Both the position numbers and the translations under genes were made by a program. Below, piece after piece: positions 24,464 to 38,500 of a DNA stretch of 64,000 nucleotides. This DNA is from Eledone cirrhosa (Eukaryota): the NCBI GenBank assembly GCA_964016885.1, contig OZ024744.1, positions 128,960,001-129,024,000 on the forward strand, written 5' to 3'. How positions within the stretch are numbered: the stretch's first letter is position 1; the number at the start of each line of letters is the position of its first letter. Under the pieces are notes generated by a model. The model saw nothing but the letters and a program-made list of their open reading frames with translations, did not search any database and was not told the origin of the DNA.

Positions 24464-26559
24464 TTAAGTTAAGTTGGGGTTAAGTTAAGTTGGTTAGTTA
24501 AGTTGAGTTTAAGTTAAGTTGGGGTTAATTTAAGTTGGGGTTAAGTTAAGTTGGGGTTAAGTTAATTTGGGGTTAAGTTAAGTTGGGGTTCAGTTAAGTT
24601 GGGGTTAAGTTAAGTTGGGGTTAAGTTGGGGTAAAATTAAGTTGGGGTTAAGTTAAGTTGCGGTTAAGTTAAAATGAGGTTAAGTTAAGTTGGGGTTAAG
24701 TTAAGTTGGGGTTAAGTTAAGTTGGGGCTAAGTTAAGTTGGGGCTAAGTTAAGTTGGGGCTAAGTTAAGTTGGGGTTAAGTTAACTTTGGGTTAAGTTAA
24801 GTTGGATTTGAGTTAAGTTGGGGTTAATTAAGTTGGGGTTAAGTTAAGTTGGGGTTAAGTTAAGTTGGGGTTAAGTTAAGTTGATGTTAAGTTAAGTTGG
24901 GGTTAATTTAAGTTGGGGTTAAGTTAAGTTGGGGCTAAGTTAAGTTGGAGCTAAGTTAAGTTGGGGCTAAGTTAAGTTGGGGTTAAGTTAAGTTGGGGTT
25001 AAGTTAAGGTGGGGTTAAGTTAAGTTGGGGTCAACTTAAGTTGGGGTTAAGTTAAGTTGGGGTTAACTTAAGTTGGGGTTAAGTTAAGTTGGGGTTAAGT
25101 TAAGTTGGGGTTACGTTAAGTTGGGGGTAAGTTAAGTTGGTGGTAAGTTAAGTTGGGGGTAAGTTAAGATGGGGTTAAGTTAGGGTTAAGTTAAGTTAGG
25201 GTTAAGTTAATTTGGGGTTGAGTTAAGTTGGGGTTAAGTTAAGTGGTGGTTATGTTAAGTTGGGGTTAAGTTAAGTTGGGGTTAATTTAAATTGGGGTTA
25301 ATTTAAATTTGTTGTTAAGTTAAGTTGGGGTTAATTTAAGTTGGGGTTAAGTTAAGTTGGGGTTGAGTTAAGTTGGGGTTGAGTGAAGTTGGGGTTAAGT
25401 TAAGTTGGGGTTAAGTTAAGTTGGGGTTGAGTTAAGTTGGGGTTAATTTAAGTTGGGGCTAAGTTCATTTGGGGTTCAGTTAAGTTGGGGTTAAATTAAG
25501 TTGGGGTTAAGTTAAGTTGGGGTTAAATTAAGTTGGGGTTAAGTTAAGTTGGGGTTAAGTTAAGTTGGGGTTAAGTTAATTTGGGGTTAAGTGAAGTTAG
25601 GGTTAAGTTAAGTTGGGGTTGAGTTAAGTTGGGGGTAAGTTAAGTTGGGGTTATGTTAAGTTGGGGTTACGTTAAGTTGGGTTTAAGTTAAGTTGGGGTT
25701 AAGTTAAGTTGGGGTTAAGTTAAGTTGGGGTTAATTTAAGTTGGGGTTAAGTTAAGTTGGGATTAATTTAAGTTGGGGTTAAGTTAAGTTGGGGTTAAGT
25801 TAAGTTGGGGTTAAATTAAGTTGGGGTTAAGTTAAGTTGGGGTTAAGTTAAGTTGGGGTTAAGTTAATTTGGGGTTAAGTTAAGTTAGGGTAAAGTTAAG
25901 TTGGGGTTGAGTTAAGTTGGGGTAAGTTAAGTTGGGGTTAAGTTAAGTTGGGGTTAAGTTAAGTTGGGGTTAAGTTAAGTTAGGCTTAACTTAAGTTGGG
26001 GTTAAGTTAAGTTGGGGGTGAGTTAAGTTGGGGGTAAGTTAAGTTGGGGTTAAGTTAAGTTGGGGTTAAGTTGGGGTTAAGTTAAGTTAGGGTTAAGTTA
26101 ATTTGGGGTTGAGTTAAGTTGGGGTTAAGTTAAGTGGTGGTTATGTTAAGTTGGGGTTAAGTTAAGTTGGGGTTAATTTAAATTGGGGTTAATTTAAATT
26201 TGTTGTTAAGTTAAGTTGGGGTTAATTTAAGTTGGGGTTAAGTTAAGTTGGGGTTGAGTTAAGTTGTGGTTGAGTGAAGTTGGGGTTAAGTTAAGTTGGG
26301 GTTAAATTAAGTTGGGGTTAAGTTAAGTTGGGGTTGAGTTAAGTTGGGGTTAATTTAAGTTGGGGCTAAGTTAATTTGGGGTTAAGTTAAGTTGGGGTTA
26401 AATTAAGTTGGGGTTAAGTTAAGTTGGGGTTAAGTTAAGTTGGGGTTAAGTTAATTTGGGGTTAAGTGAAGTTAGGGTTAAGTTAAGTTGGGGCTGAGTT
26501 AAGTTGGGGGTAAATTAAGTTGGGGTTATGTTAAGTTGGGGTTAAGTTAAGTTGGGGTT

Positions 26560-29500
26560 AAGTTAAGTTGGGGTTCAGTTAAGTTGCCGTTAAGTTAAGT
26601 TGGGGTTAAGTTAAGTTGGGGTTAAGTTAAGTTGCGGTTAAGTTAAGTTGGGGTTAAGTTAAGTTGGGGTTAAGTTAATTAGGGTTAAGTTAAGTTGGGG
26701 TTAAGTTAAGTTGGGGTTAAGTTAAGTTGGGGTTAAGTTAATTTGTGGTTAAGTTAAGTTGGGGTTAAGTTAAGTTGGGGTTAAGTTAAGTTGGGGATAA
26801 GTTAAGTTGAGGATAAGTTAAGTTGGGGTTAATTAAGTTGGGTTTAAGTTAAGTTGGGGTTAAGTTAAGTTGGGGTTAAGTTAAGTTGGGGTTAAGTTAA
26901 GTTGGTTAGTTAAGTTGAGTTTAAGTTAAGTTGGGGTTAATTTAAGTTGGGGTTAAGTTAAGTTGGGGTTAAGTTAATTTGGGGTTAAGTTAAGTTGGGG
27001 TTCAGTTAAGTTGGGGTTCAGTTAAGTTGGGGTTAAGTTGGGGTAAAATTAAGTTGGGGTTAAGTTAAGTTGCGGTTAAGTTAAAATGAGGTTAAGTTAA
27101 GTTGGGGTTAAGTTAAGTTGGGGTTAAGTTAAGTTGGGGCTAAGTTAAGTTGGGGCTAAGTTAAGTTGGGGCTAAGTTAAGTTGGGATTAAGTTAACTTT
27201 GGGTTAAGTTAAGTTGGGTTTGAGTTAAGTTGGGGTTAATTAAGTTGGGGTTAAGTTAAGTTGGGGTTAAGTTAAGTTGGGGTTAAGTTAAGTTGGGGTT
27301 AAGTTAAGTTGATGTTAAGTTAAGTTGGGGTTAATTTAAGTTGGGGTTAAGTTAAGTTGGGGCTAAGTTAAGTTGGGGTTAAGTTAATTAGGGTTAAGTT
27401 AAGTTGGGGTTAAGTTAAGTTGGGGTTAAGTTAAGTTGGGGTTAAGTTAATTTGTGGTTAAGTTAAGTTGGGGTTAAGTTAAGTTGGGGTTAAGTTAAGT
27501 TGGGGATAAGTTAAGTTGAGGATAAGTTAAGTTGGGGTTAATTAAGTTGGGTTTAAGTTAAGTTGGGGTTAAGTTAAGTTGGGGTTAAGTTAAGTTGGGG
27601 TTAAGTTAAGTTGGTTAGTTAAGTTGAGTTTAAGTTAAGTTGGGGTTAATTTAAGTTGGGGTTAAGTTAAGTTGGGGTTAAGTTAATTTGGGGTTAAGTT
27701 AAGTTGGGGTTCAGTTAAGTTGGGGTTAAGTTAAGTTGGGGTTAAGTTGGGGTAAAATTAAGTTGGGGTTAAGTTAAGTTGCGGTTAAGTTAAAATGAGG
27801 TTAAGTTAAGTTGGGGTTAAGTTAAGTTGGGGTTAAGTTAAGTTGGGGCTAAGTTAAGTTGGGGCTAAGTTAAGTTGGGGCTAAGTTAAGTTGGGGTTAA
27901 GTTAACTTTGGGTTAAGTTAAGTTGGGTTTGAGTTAAGTTGGGGTTAATTAAGTTGGGGTTAAGTTAAGTTGGGGTTAAGTTAAGTTGGGGTTAAGTTAA
28001 GTTGATGTTAAGTTAAGTTGGGGTTAATTTAAGTTGGGGTTAAGTTAAGTTGGGGCTAAGTTAAGTTGGAGCTAAGTTAAGTTGGGGCTAAGTTAAGTTG
28101 GGGTTAAGTTAAGTTGGGGTTAAGTTAAGGTGGGGTTAAGTTAAGTTGGGGTCAACTTAAGTTGGGGTTAAGTTAAGTTGGGGTTAACTTAAGTTGGGGT
28201 TAAGTTAAGTTGGGGTTAAGTTAAGTTGGGGTTACGTTAAGTTGGGGGTAAGTTAAGTTGGTGGTAAGTTAAGTTGGGGGTAAGTTAAGATGGGGTTAAG
28301 TTAGGGTTAAGTTAAGTTAGGGTTAAGTTAATTTGGGGTTGAGTTAAGTTGGGGTTAAGTTAAGTGGTGGTTATGTTAAGTTGGGGTTAAGTTAAGTTGG
28401 GGTTAATTTAAATTGGGGTTAATTTAAATTTGTTGTTAAGTTAAGTTGGGGTTAATTTAAGTTGGGGTTAAGTTAAGTTGGGGTTGAGTTAAGTTGGGGT
28501 TGAGTGAAGTTGGGGTTAAGTTAAGTTGGGGTTAAGTTAAGTTGGGGTTGAGTTAAGTTGGGGTTAATTTAAGTTGGGGCTAAGTTCATTTGGGGTTCAG
28601 TTAAGTTGGGGTTAAATTAAGTTGGGGTTAAGTTAAGTTGGGGTTAAATTAAGTTGGGGTTAAGTTAAGTTGGGGTTAAGTTAAGTTGGGGTTAAGTTAA
28701 TTTGGGGTTAAGTGAAGTTAGGGTTAAGTTAAGTTGGGGTTGAGTTAAGTTGGGGGTAAGTTAAGTTGGGGTTATGTTAAGTTGGGGTTACGTTAAGTTG
28801 GGTTTAAGTTAAGTTGGGGTTAAGTTAAGTTGGGGTTAAGTTAAGTTGGGGTTAATTTAAGTTGGGGTTAAGTTAAGTTGGGATTAATTTAAGTTGGGGT
28901 TAAGTTAAGTTGGGGTTAAGTTAAGTTGGGGTTAAATTAAGTTGGGGTTAAGTTAAGTTGGGGTTAAGTTAAGTTGGGGTTAAGTTAATTTGGGGTTAAG
29001 TTAAGTTAGGGTAAAGTTAAGTTGGGGTTGAGTTAAGTTGGGGTAAGTTAAGTTGGGGTTAAGTTAAGTTGGGGTTAAGTTAAGTTGGGGTTAAGTTAAG
29101 TTAGGCTTAACTTAAGTTGGGGTTAAGTTAAGTTGGGGGTGAGTTAAGTTGGGGGTAAGTTAAGTTGGGGTTAAGTTAAGTTGGGGTTAAGTTGGGGTTA
29201 AGTTAAGTTAGGGTTAAGTTAATTTGGGGTTGAGTTAAGTTGGGGTTAAGTTAAGTGGTGGTTATGTTAAGTTGGGGTTAAGTTAAGTTGGGGTTAATTT
29301 AAATTGGGGTTAATTTAAATTTGTTGTTAAGTTAAGTTGGGGTTAATTTAAGTTGGGGTTAAGTTAAGTTGGGGTTGAGTTAAGTTGTGGTTGAGTGAAG
29401 TTGGGGTTAAGTTAAGTTGGGGTTAAATTAAGTTGGGGTTAAGTTAAGTTGGGGTTGAGTTAAGTTGGGGTTAATTTAAGTTGGGGCTAAGTTAATTTGG

Positions 29501-32500
29501 GGTTAAGTTAAGTTGGGGTTAAATTAAGTTGGGGTTAAGTTAAGTTGGGGTTAAGTTAAGTTGGGGTTAAGTTAATTTGGGGTTAAGTGAAGTTAGGGTT
29601 AAGTTAAGTTGGGGCTGAGTTAAGTTGGGGGTAAGTTAAGTTGGGGTTATGTTAAGTTGGGGTTAAGTTAAGTTGGGGTTAAGTTAAGTTGGGGTTCAGT
29701 TAAGTTGCCGTTAAGTTAAGTTGGGGTTAAGTTAAGTTGGGGTTAAGTTAAGTTGGGGTTAATTTAAGTTGGGGTTAAGTTAAGTTGGGGTTAAGTTAAT
29801 TTGTGGTTGAGTGAAGTTGGGGTTAAGTTAAGTTGGGGTTAAATTAAGTTGGGGTTAAGTTAAGTTGGGGTTGAGTTAAGTTGGGGTTAATTTAAGTTGG
29901 GGCTAAGTTAATTTGGGGTTAAGTTAAGTTGGGGTTAAATTAAGTTGGGGTTAAGTTAAGTTGGGGTTAAGTTAAGTTGGGGTTAAGTTAATTTGGGGTT
30001 AAGTGAAGTTAGGGTTAAGTTAAGTTGGGGCTGAGTTAAGTTGGGGGTAAGTTAAGTTGGGGTTATGTTAAGTTGGGGTTAAGTTAAGTTGGGGTTAAGT
30101 TAAGTTGGGGTTCAGTTAAGTTGCCGTTAAGTTAAGTTGGGGTTAAGTTAAGTTGGGGTTAAGTTAAGTTGGGGTTAATTTAAGTTGGGGTTAAGTTAAG
30201 TTGGGGTTAAGTTAATTTGTGGTTAAGTTAAGTTGGGGTTAAGTTAAGTTGGGGTTAAATTCAGTCGGGGTTAAGTTAAGTCGGGGTTAAGTTACGGTGG
30301 GGTTAAGTTAAGTTGGGGTTAAGTTAAGTTGGGGTTGAGTTAAGTTGGGGTTAAGTTAAGTTGGGGTTAAGTTAAGTTGGGGTTAAGTTAAGTTGGGGTT
30401 AAGTTAAGTTGGGGTTAAGTTAAGTTGGGGTTAATTTAAGTTGGGGTTAATTTAAGTTGGGGTTAAGTTAAGTTGGGGTAACGTTAAGTTGGGGGTAAGT
30501 TAAGTTGGGGTTAAGTTAAGTTGGGGTTAAGTTGGGGTTAAGTTAAGTTAGGGTTAACTTAAGTTGGGGTTGTGTTAAGTGGTGGTTATGTTAAGTGGTG
30601 GTTATGTTAAGTTGGGGTTAAGTTAAGTTGGGGTTAAGTTAAGTTGGGGTTAAGTTAAGTTGGGGTTAAGTTAATTAGGGTTAAGTTAAGTTGGGTTTAA
30701 GTTAAGTTGGGGTTAAGTTAATTTGTGGTTAAGTTAAGTTGGGGTTAAGTTAAGTTGGGGTTAAGTTAAGTTGGGGATAAGTTAAGTTGGGGATAAGTTA
30801 AGTTGGGGTTAATTAAGTTGGGTTTAAGTTAAGTTGGGGTTAAGTTAAGTCGGGGTTAAGTTAAGTTGGGGTTAAGTTAAGTTGGGGGTAAGATAAGTTG
30901 GGGTTAGTTAAGTTGCGGTTAAGTTAAGTTGGGGTTAAGTTAAGTTGGGGTTAAGTTAAGTTGGGGTTAAGTTAAGTTGGGGTTAATTTAAGTTGGGGTT
31001 AATTTAAGTTGGGGTAAAGTTAAGTTGGGGGTAAGTTAAGTTGGGGTTAAGTTAAGTTGGGGTTAAGTTGGGGTTAAGTTAAGTTAGGGTTAACTTAAGT
31101 TGGGGTTGTGTTAAGTGGTGGTTATGTTAAGTGGTGGTTATGTTAAGTTGGGGTTAAGTTAAGTTGGGGTTAAGTTAAATTGGGGTTAAGTTAAGTTGCG
31201 GTTAAGTTAAGTTGGGGTTAAGTTAAGTTGGGGTTAAGTTAATTAGGGTTAAGTTAAATTGGGGTTAAGTTAAGTTGGGGTTAAGTTAAGTTGGGGTTAA
31301 GTTAATTTGTGGTAAAGTTAAGTTGGGGTTAAGTTAAGTTGGGGTTAAGTTAAGTTGGGGATAAGTTAAGTTGAGGATAAGTTAAGTTGGGGTTAATTAA
31401 GTTGGGTTTAAGTTAAGTTGGGGTTAAGTTAAGTTGGGGTTAAGTTAAGTTGGGGTTAAGTTAAGTTGGTTAGTTAAGTTGAGTTTAAGTTAAGTTGGGG
31501 TTAATTTAAGTTGGGGTTAAGTTAAGTTGGGGTTAAGTTAATTTGGGGTTAAGTTAAGTTGGGGTTCAGTTAAGTTGGGGTTAAGTTAAGTTGGGGTTAA
31601 GTTGGGGTAAAATTAAGTTGGGGTTAAGTTAAGTTGCGGTTAAGTTAAAATGAGGTTAAGTTAAGTTGGGGTTAAGTTAAGTTGGGGTTAAGTTAAGTTG
31701 GGGCTAAGTTAAGTTGGGGCTAATTTAAGTTGGGGCTAAGTTAAGTTGGGATTAAGTTAACTTTGGGTTAAGTTAAGTTGGGTTTGAGTTAAGTTGGGGT
31801 TAATTAAGTTGGGGTTAAGTTAAGTTGGGGTTAAGTTAAGTTGGGGTTAAGTTAAGTTGGGGTTAAGTTAAGTTGATGTTAAGTTAAGTTGGGGTTAATT
31901 TAAGTTGGGGTTAAGTTAAGTTGGGGCTAAGTTAAGTTGGGGTTAAGTTAATTAGGGTTAAGTTAAGTTGGGGTTAAGTTAAGTTGGGGTTAAGTTAAGT
32001 TGGGGTTAAGTTAATTTGTGGTTAAGTTAAGTTGGGGTTAAGTTAAGTTGGGGTTAAGTTAAGTTGGGGATAAGTTAAGTTTAGGATAAGTTAAGTTGGG
32101 GTTAATTAAGTTGGGTTTAAGTTAAGTTGGGGTTAAGTTAAGTTGGGGTTAAGTTAAGTTGGGGTTAAGTTAAGTTGGTTAGTTAAGTTGAGTTTAAGTT
32201 AAGTTGGGGTTAATTTAAGTTGGGGTTAAGTTAAGTTGGGGTTAAGTTAATTTGGGGTTAAGTTAAGTTGGGGTTCAGTTAAGTTGGGGTTAAGTTAAGT
32301 TGGGGTTAAGTTGGGGTAAAATTAAGTTGGGGTTAAGTTAAGTTGCGGTTAAGTTAAAATGAGGTTAAGTTAAGTTGGGGTTAAGTTAAGTTGGGGTTAA
32401 GTTAAGTTGGGGCTAAGTTAAGTTGGGGCTAAGTTAAGTTGGGGCTAAGTTAAGTTGGGGTTAAGTTAACTTTGGGTTAAGTTAAGTTGGGTTTGAGTTA

Positions 32501-35500
32501 AGTTGGGGTTAATTAAGTTGGGGTTAAGTTAAGTTGGGGTTAAGTTAAGTTGGGGTTAAGTTAAGTTGGGGTTAAGTTAAGTTGATGTTAAGTTAAGTTG
32601 GGGTTAATTTAAGTTGGGGTTAAGTTAAGTTGGGGCTAAGTTAAGTTGGAGCTAAGTTAAGTTGGGGCTAAGTTAAGTTGGGGTTAAGTTAAGTTGGGGT
32701 TAAGTTAAGGTGGGGTTAAGTTAAGTTGGGGTCAACTTAAGTTGGGGTTAAGTTAAGTTGGGGTTAACTTAAGTTGGGGTTAAGTTAAGTTGGGGTTAAG
32801 TTAAGTTGGGGTTAAGTTAAGTTGGGGTTACGTTAAGTTGGGGGTAAGTTAAGTTGGTGGTAAGTTAAGTTGGGGGTAAGTTAAGATGGGGTTAAGTTAG
32901 GGTTAAGTTAAGTTAGGGTTAAGTTAATTTGGGGTTGAGTTAAGTTGGGGTTAAGTTAAGTGGTGGTTATGTTAAGTTGGGGTTAAGTTAAGTTGGGGTT
33001 AATTTAAATTGGGGTTAATTTAAATTTGTTGTTAAGTTAAGTTGGGGTTAATTTAAGTTAGGGTTAAGTTAAGTTGGGGTTGAGTTAAGTTGTGGTTGAG
33101 TGAAGTTGGGGTTAAGTTAAGTTGGGGTTAAGTTAAGTTGGGGTTGAGTTAAGTTGGGGTTAATTTAAGTTGGGGCTAAGTTCATTTGGGGTTCAGTTAA
33201 GTTGGGGTTAAATTAAGTTGGGGTTAAGTTAAGTTGGGGTTAAATTAAGTTGGGGTTAAGTTAAGTTGGGGTTAAGTTAAGTTGGGGTTAAGTTAATTTG
33301 GGGTTAAGTGAAGTTAGGGTTAAGTTAAGTTGGGGTTGAGTTAAGTTGGGGGTAAGTTAAGTTGGGGTTATGTTAAGTTGGGGTTACGTTAAGTTGGGTT
33401 TAAGTTAAGTTGGGGTTAAGTTAAGTTGGGGTTAAGTTAAGTTGGGGTTCAGTTAAGTTGCCGTTAAGTTAAGTTGGGGTTAAGTTAAGTTGGGGTTAAG
33501 TTAAGTTGCGGTTAAGTTAAGTTGGGGTTAAGTTAAGTTGGGGTTAAGTTAATTAGGGTTAAGTTAAGTTGGGGTTAAGTTAAGTTGGGGTTAAGTTAAG
33601 TTGGGGTTAAGTTAATTTGTGGTTAAGTTAAGTTGGGGTTAAGTTAAGTTGGGGTTAAGTTAAGTTGGGGATAAGTTAAGTTGAGGATAAGTTAAGTTGG
33701 GGTTAATTAAGTTGGGTTTAAGTTAAGTTGGGGTTAAGTTAAGTTGGGGTTAAGTTAAGTTGGGGTTAAGTTAAGTTGGTTAGTTAAGTTGAGTTTAAGT
33801 TAAGTTGGGGTTAATTTAAGTTGGGGTTAAGTTAAGTTGGGGTTAAGTTAATTTGGGGTTAAGTTAAGTTGGGGTTCAGTTAAGTTGGGGTTCAGTTAAG
33901 TTGGGGTTAAGTTGGGGTAAAATTAAGTTGGGGTTAAGTTAAGTTGCGGTTAAGTTAAAATGAGGTTAAGTTAAGTTGGGGTTAAGTTAAGTTGGGGTTA
34001 AGTTAAGTTGGGGCTAAGTTAAGTTGGGGCTAAGTTAAGTTGGGGCTAAGTTAAGTTGGGATTAAGTTAACTTTGGGTTAAGTTAAGTTGGGTTTGAGTT
34101 AAGTTGGGGTTAATTAAGTTGGGGTTAAGTTAAGTTGGGGTTAAGTTAAGTTGGGGTTAAGTTAAGTTGGGGTTAAGTTAAGTTGATGTTAAGTTAAGTT
34201 GGGGTTAATTTAAGTTGGGGTTAAGTTAAGTTGGGGCTAAGTTAAGTTGGGGTTAAGTTAATTAGGGTTAAGTTAAGTTGGGGTTAAGTTAAGTTGGGGT
34301 TAAGTTAAGTTGGGGTTAAGTTAATTTGTGGTTAAGTTAAGTTGGGGTTAAGTTAAGTTGGGGTTAAGTTAAGTTGGGGATAAGTTAAGTTGAGGATAAG
34401 TTAAGTTGGGGTTAATTAAGTTGGGTTTAAGTTAAGTTGGGGTTAAGTTAAGTTGGGGTTAAGTTAAGTTGGGGTTAAGTTAAGTTGGTTAGTTAAGTTG
34501 AGTTTAAGTTAAGTTGGGGTTAATTTAAGTTGGGGTTAAGTTAAGTTGGGGTTAAGTTAATTTGGGGTTAAGTTAAGTTGGGGTTCAGTTAAGTTGGGGT
34601 TAAGTTAAGTTGGGGTTAAGTTGGGGTAAAATTAAGTTGGGGTTAAGTTAAGTTGCGGTTAAGTTAAAATGAGGTTAAGTTAAGTTGGGGTTAAGTTAAG
34701 TTGGGGTTAAGTTAAGTTGGGGCTAAGTTAAGTTGGGGCTAAGTTAAGTTGGGGCTAAGTTAAGTTGGGGTTAAGTTAACTTTGGGTTAAGTTAAGTTGG
34801 GTTTGAGTTAAGTTGGGGTTAATTAAGTTGGGGTTAAGTTAAGTTGGGGTTAAGTTAAGTTGGGGTTAAGTTAAGTTGATGTTAAGTTAAGTTGGGGTTA
34901 ATTTAAGTTGGGGTTAAGTTAAGTTGGGGCTAAGTTAAGTTGGAGCTAAGTTAAGTTGGGGCTAAGTTAAGTTGGGGTTAAGTTAAGTTGGGGTTAAGTT
35001 AAGGTGGGGTTAAGTTAAGTTGGGGTCAACTTAAGTTGGGGTTAAGTTAAGTTGGGGTTAACTTAAGTTGGGGTTAAGTTAAGTTGGGGTTAAGTTAAGT
35101 TGGGGTTACGTTAAGTTGGGGGTAAGTTAAGTTGGTGGTAAGTTAAGTTGGGGGTAAGTTAAGATGGGGTTAAGTTAGGGTTAAGTTAAGTTAGGGTTAA
35201 GTTAATTTGGGGTTGAGTTAAGTTGGGGTTAAGTTAAGTGGTGGTTATGTTAAGTTGGGGTTAAGTTAAGTTGGGGTTAATTTAAATTGGGGTTAATTTA
35301 AATTTGTTGTTAAGTTAAGTTGGGGTTAATTTAAGTTGGGGTTAAGTTAAGTTGGGGTTGAGTTAAGTTGGGGTTGAGTGAAGTTGGGGTTAAGTTAAGT
35401 TGGGGTTAAGTTAAGTTGGGGTTGAGTTAAGTTGGGGTTAATTTAAGTTGGGGCTAAGTTCATTTGGGGTTCAGTTAAGTTGGGGTTAAATTAAGTTGGG

Positions 35501-38500
35501 GTTAAGTTAAGTTGGGGTTAAATTAAGTTGGGGTTAAGTTAAGTTGGGGTTAAGTTAAGTTGGGGTTAAGTTAATTTGGGGTTAAGTGAAGTTAGGGTTA
35601 AGTTAAGTTGGGGTTGAGTTAAGTTGGGGGTAAGTTAAGTTGGGGTTATGTTAAGTTGGGGTTACGTTAAGTTGGGTTTAAGTTAAGTTGGGGTTAAGTT
35701 AAGTTGGGGTTAAGTTAAGTTGGGGTTAATTTAAGTTGGGGTTAAGTTAAGTTGGGATTAATTTAAGTTGGGGTTAAGTTAAGTTGGGGTTAAGTTAAGT
35801 TGGGGTTAAATTAAGTTGGGGTTAAGTTAAGTTGGGGTTAAGTTAAGTTGGGGTTAAGTTAATTTGGGGTTAAGTTAAGTTAGGGTAAAGTTAAGTTGGG
35901 GTTGAGTTAAGTTGGGGTAAGTTAAGTTGGGGTTAAGTTAAGTTGGGGTTAAGTTAAGTTGGGGTTAAGTTAAGTTAGGCTTAACTTAAGTTGGGGTTAA
36001 GTTAAGTTGGGGGTGAGTTAAGTTGGGGGTAAGTTAAGTTGGGGTTAAGTTAAGTTGGGGTTAAGTTGGGGTTAAGTTAAGTTAGGGTTAAGTTAATTTG
36101 GGGTTGAGTTAAGTTGGGGTTAAGTTAAGTGGTGGTTATGTTAAGTTGGGGTTAAGTTAAGTTGGGGTTAATTTAAATTGGGGTTAATTTAAATTTGTTG
36201 TTAAGTTAAGTTGGGGTTAATTTAAGTTGGGGTTAAGTTAAGTTGGGGTTGAGTTAAGTTGTGGTTGAGTGAAGTTGGGGTTAAGTTAAGTTGGGGTTAA
36301 ATTAAGTTGGGGTTAAGTTAAGTTGGGGTTGAGTTAAGTTGGGGTTAATTTAAGTTGGGGCTAAGTTAATTTGGGGTTAAGTTAAGTTGGGGTTAAATTA
36401 AGTTGGGGTTAAGTTAAGTTGGGGTTAAGTTAAGTTGGGGTTAAGTTAATTTGGGGTTAAGTGAAGTTAGGGTTAAGTTAAGTTGGGGCTGAGTTAAGTT
36501 GGGGGTAAGTTAAGTTGGGGTTATGTTAAGTTGGGGTTAAGTTAAGTTGGGGTTAAGTTAAGTTGGGGTTCAGTTAAGTTGCCGTTAAGTTAAGTTGGGG
36601 TTAAGTTAAGTTGGGGTTAAGTTAAGTTGGGGTTAATTTAAGTTGGGGTTAAGTTAAGTTGGGGTTAAGTTAATTTGTGGTTGAGTGAAGTTGGGGTTAA
36701 GTTAAGTTGGGGTTAAATTAAGTTGGGGTTAAGTTAAGTTGGGGTTGAGTTAAGTTGGGGTTAATTTAAGTTGGGGCTAAGTTAATTTGGGGTTAAGTTA
36801 AGTTGGGGTTAAATTAAGTTGGGGTTAAGTTAAGTTGGGGTTAAGTTAAGTTGGGGTTAAGTTAATTTGGGGTTAAGTGAAGTTAGGGTTAAGTTAAGTT
36901 GGGGCTGAGTTAAGTTGGGGGTAAGTTAAGTTGGGGTTATGTTAAGTTGGGGTTAAGTTAAGTTGGGGTTAAGTTAAGTTGGGGTTCAGTTAAGTTGCCG
37001 TTAAGTTAAGTTGGGGTTAAGTTAAGTTGGGGTTAAGTTAAGTTGGGGTTAATTTAAGTTGGGGTTAAGTTAAGTTGGGGTTAAGTTAATTTGTGGTTAA
37101 GTTAAGTTGGGGTTAAGTTAAGTTGGGGTTAAATTCAGTCGGGGTTAAGTTAAGTCGGGGTTAAGTTACGTTGGGGTTAAGTTAAGTTGGGGTTAAGTTA
37201 AGTTGGGGTTGAGTTAAGTTGGGGTTAAGTTAAGTTGGGGTTAAGTTAAGTTGGGGTTAAGTTAAGTTGGGGTTAAGTTAAGTTGGGGTTAAGTTAAGTT
37301 GGGGTTAATTTAAGTTGGGGTTAATTTAAGTTGGGGTTAAGTTAAGTTGGGGTAACGTTAAGTTGGGGGTAAGTTAAGTTGGGGTTAAGTTAAGTTGGGG
37401 TTAAGTTGGGGTTAAGTTAAGTTAGGGTTAACTTAAGTTGGGGTTGTGTTAAGTGGTGGTTATGTTAAGTGGTGGTTATGTTAAGTTGGGGTTAAGTTAA
37501 GTTGGGGTTAAGTTAAGTTGGGGTTAAGTTAAGTTGGGGTTAAGTTAATTAGGGTTAAGTTAAGTTGGGTTTAAGTTAAGTTGGGGTTAAGTTAATTTGT
37601 GGTTAAGTTAAGTTGGGGTTAAGTTAAGTTGGGGTTAAGTTAAGTTGGGGATAAGTTAAGTTGGGGATAAGTTAAGTTGGGGTTAATTAAGTTGGGTTTA
37701 AGTTAAGTTGGGGTTAAGTTAAGTCGGGGTTAAGTTAAGTTGGGGTTAAGTTAAGTTGGGGGTAAGATAAGTTGGGGTTAGTTAAGTTGCGGTTAAGTTA
37801 AGTTGGGGTTAAGTTAAGTTGGGGTTAAGTTAAGTTGGGGTTAAGTTAAGTTGGGGTTAATTTAAGTTGGGGTTAATTTAAGTTGGGGTAAAGTTAAGTT
37901 GGGGGTAAGTTAAGTTGGGGTTAAGTTAAGTTGGGGTTAAGTTGGGGTTAAGTTAAGTTAGGGTTAACTTAAGTTGGGGTTGTGTTAAGTGGTGGTTATG
38001 TTAAGTGGTGGTTATGTTAAGTTGGGGTTAAGTTAAGTTGGGGTTAAGTTAAATTGGGGTTAAGTTAAGTTGCGGTTAAGTTAAATTGGGGTTAAGTTAA
38101 GTTGGGGTTAAGTTAATTAGGGTTAAGTTAAATTGGGGTTAAGTTAAGTTGGGGTTAAGTTAAGTTGGGGTTAAGTTAATTTGTGGTTAAGTTAAGTTGG
38201 GGTTAAGTTAAGTTGGGGTTAAGTTAAGTTGGGGTTAAGTTAAGTTGGGGTTAAGTTAAGTTGGGGTTAATTTAAGTTGGGGTTAATTAAGTTGGGTTTA
38301 AGTTAAGTTGGGGTTAAGTTAAGTTGGGGTTAAGTTAAGTTGGGGTTAAGTTAAGTTGGTTAGTTAAGTTGAGTTTAAGTTAAGTTGGGGTTAATTTAAG
38401 TTGGGGTTAAGTTAAGTTGGGGTTAAGTTAATTTGGGGTTAAGTTAAGTTGGGGTTCAGTTAAGTTGGGGTTAAGTTAAGTTGGGGTTAAGTTGGGGTAA

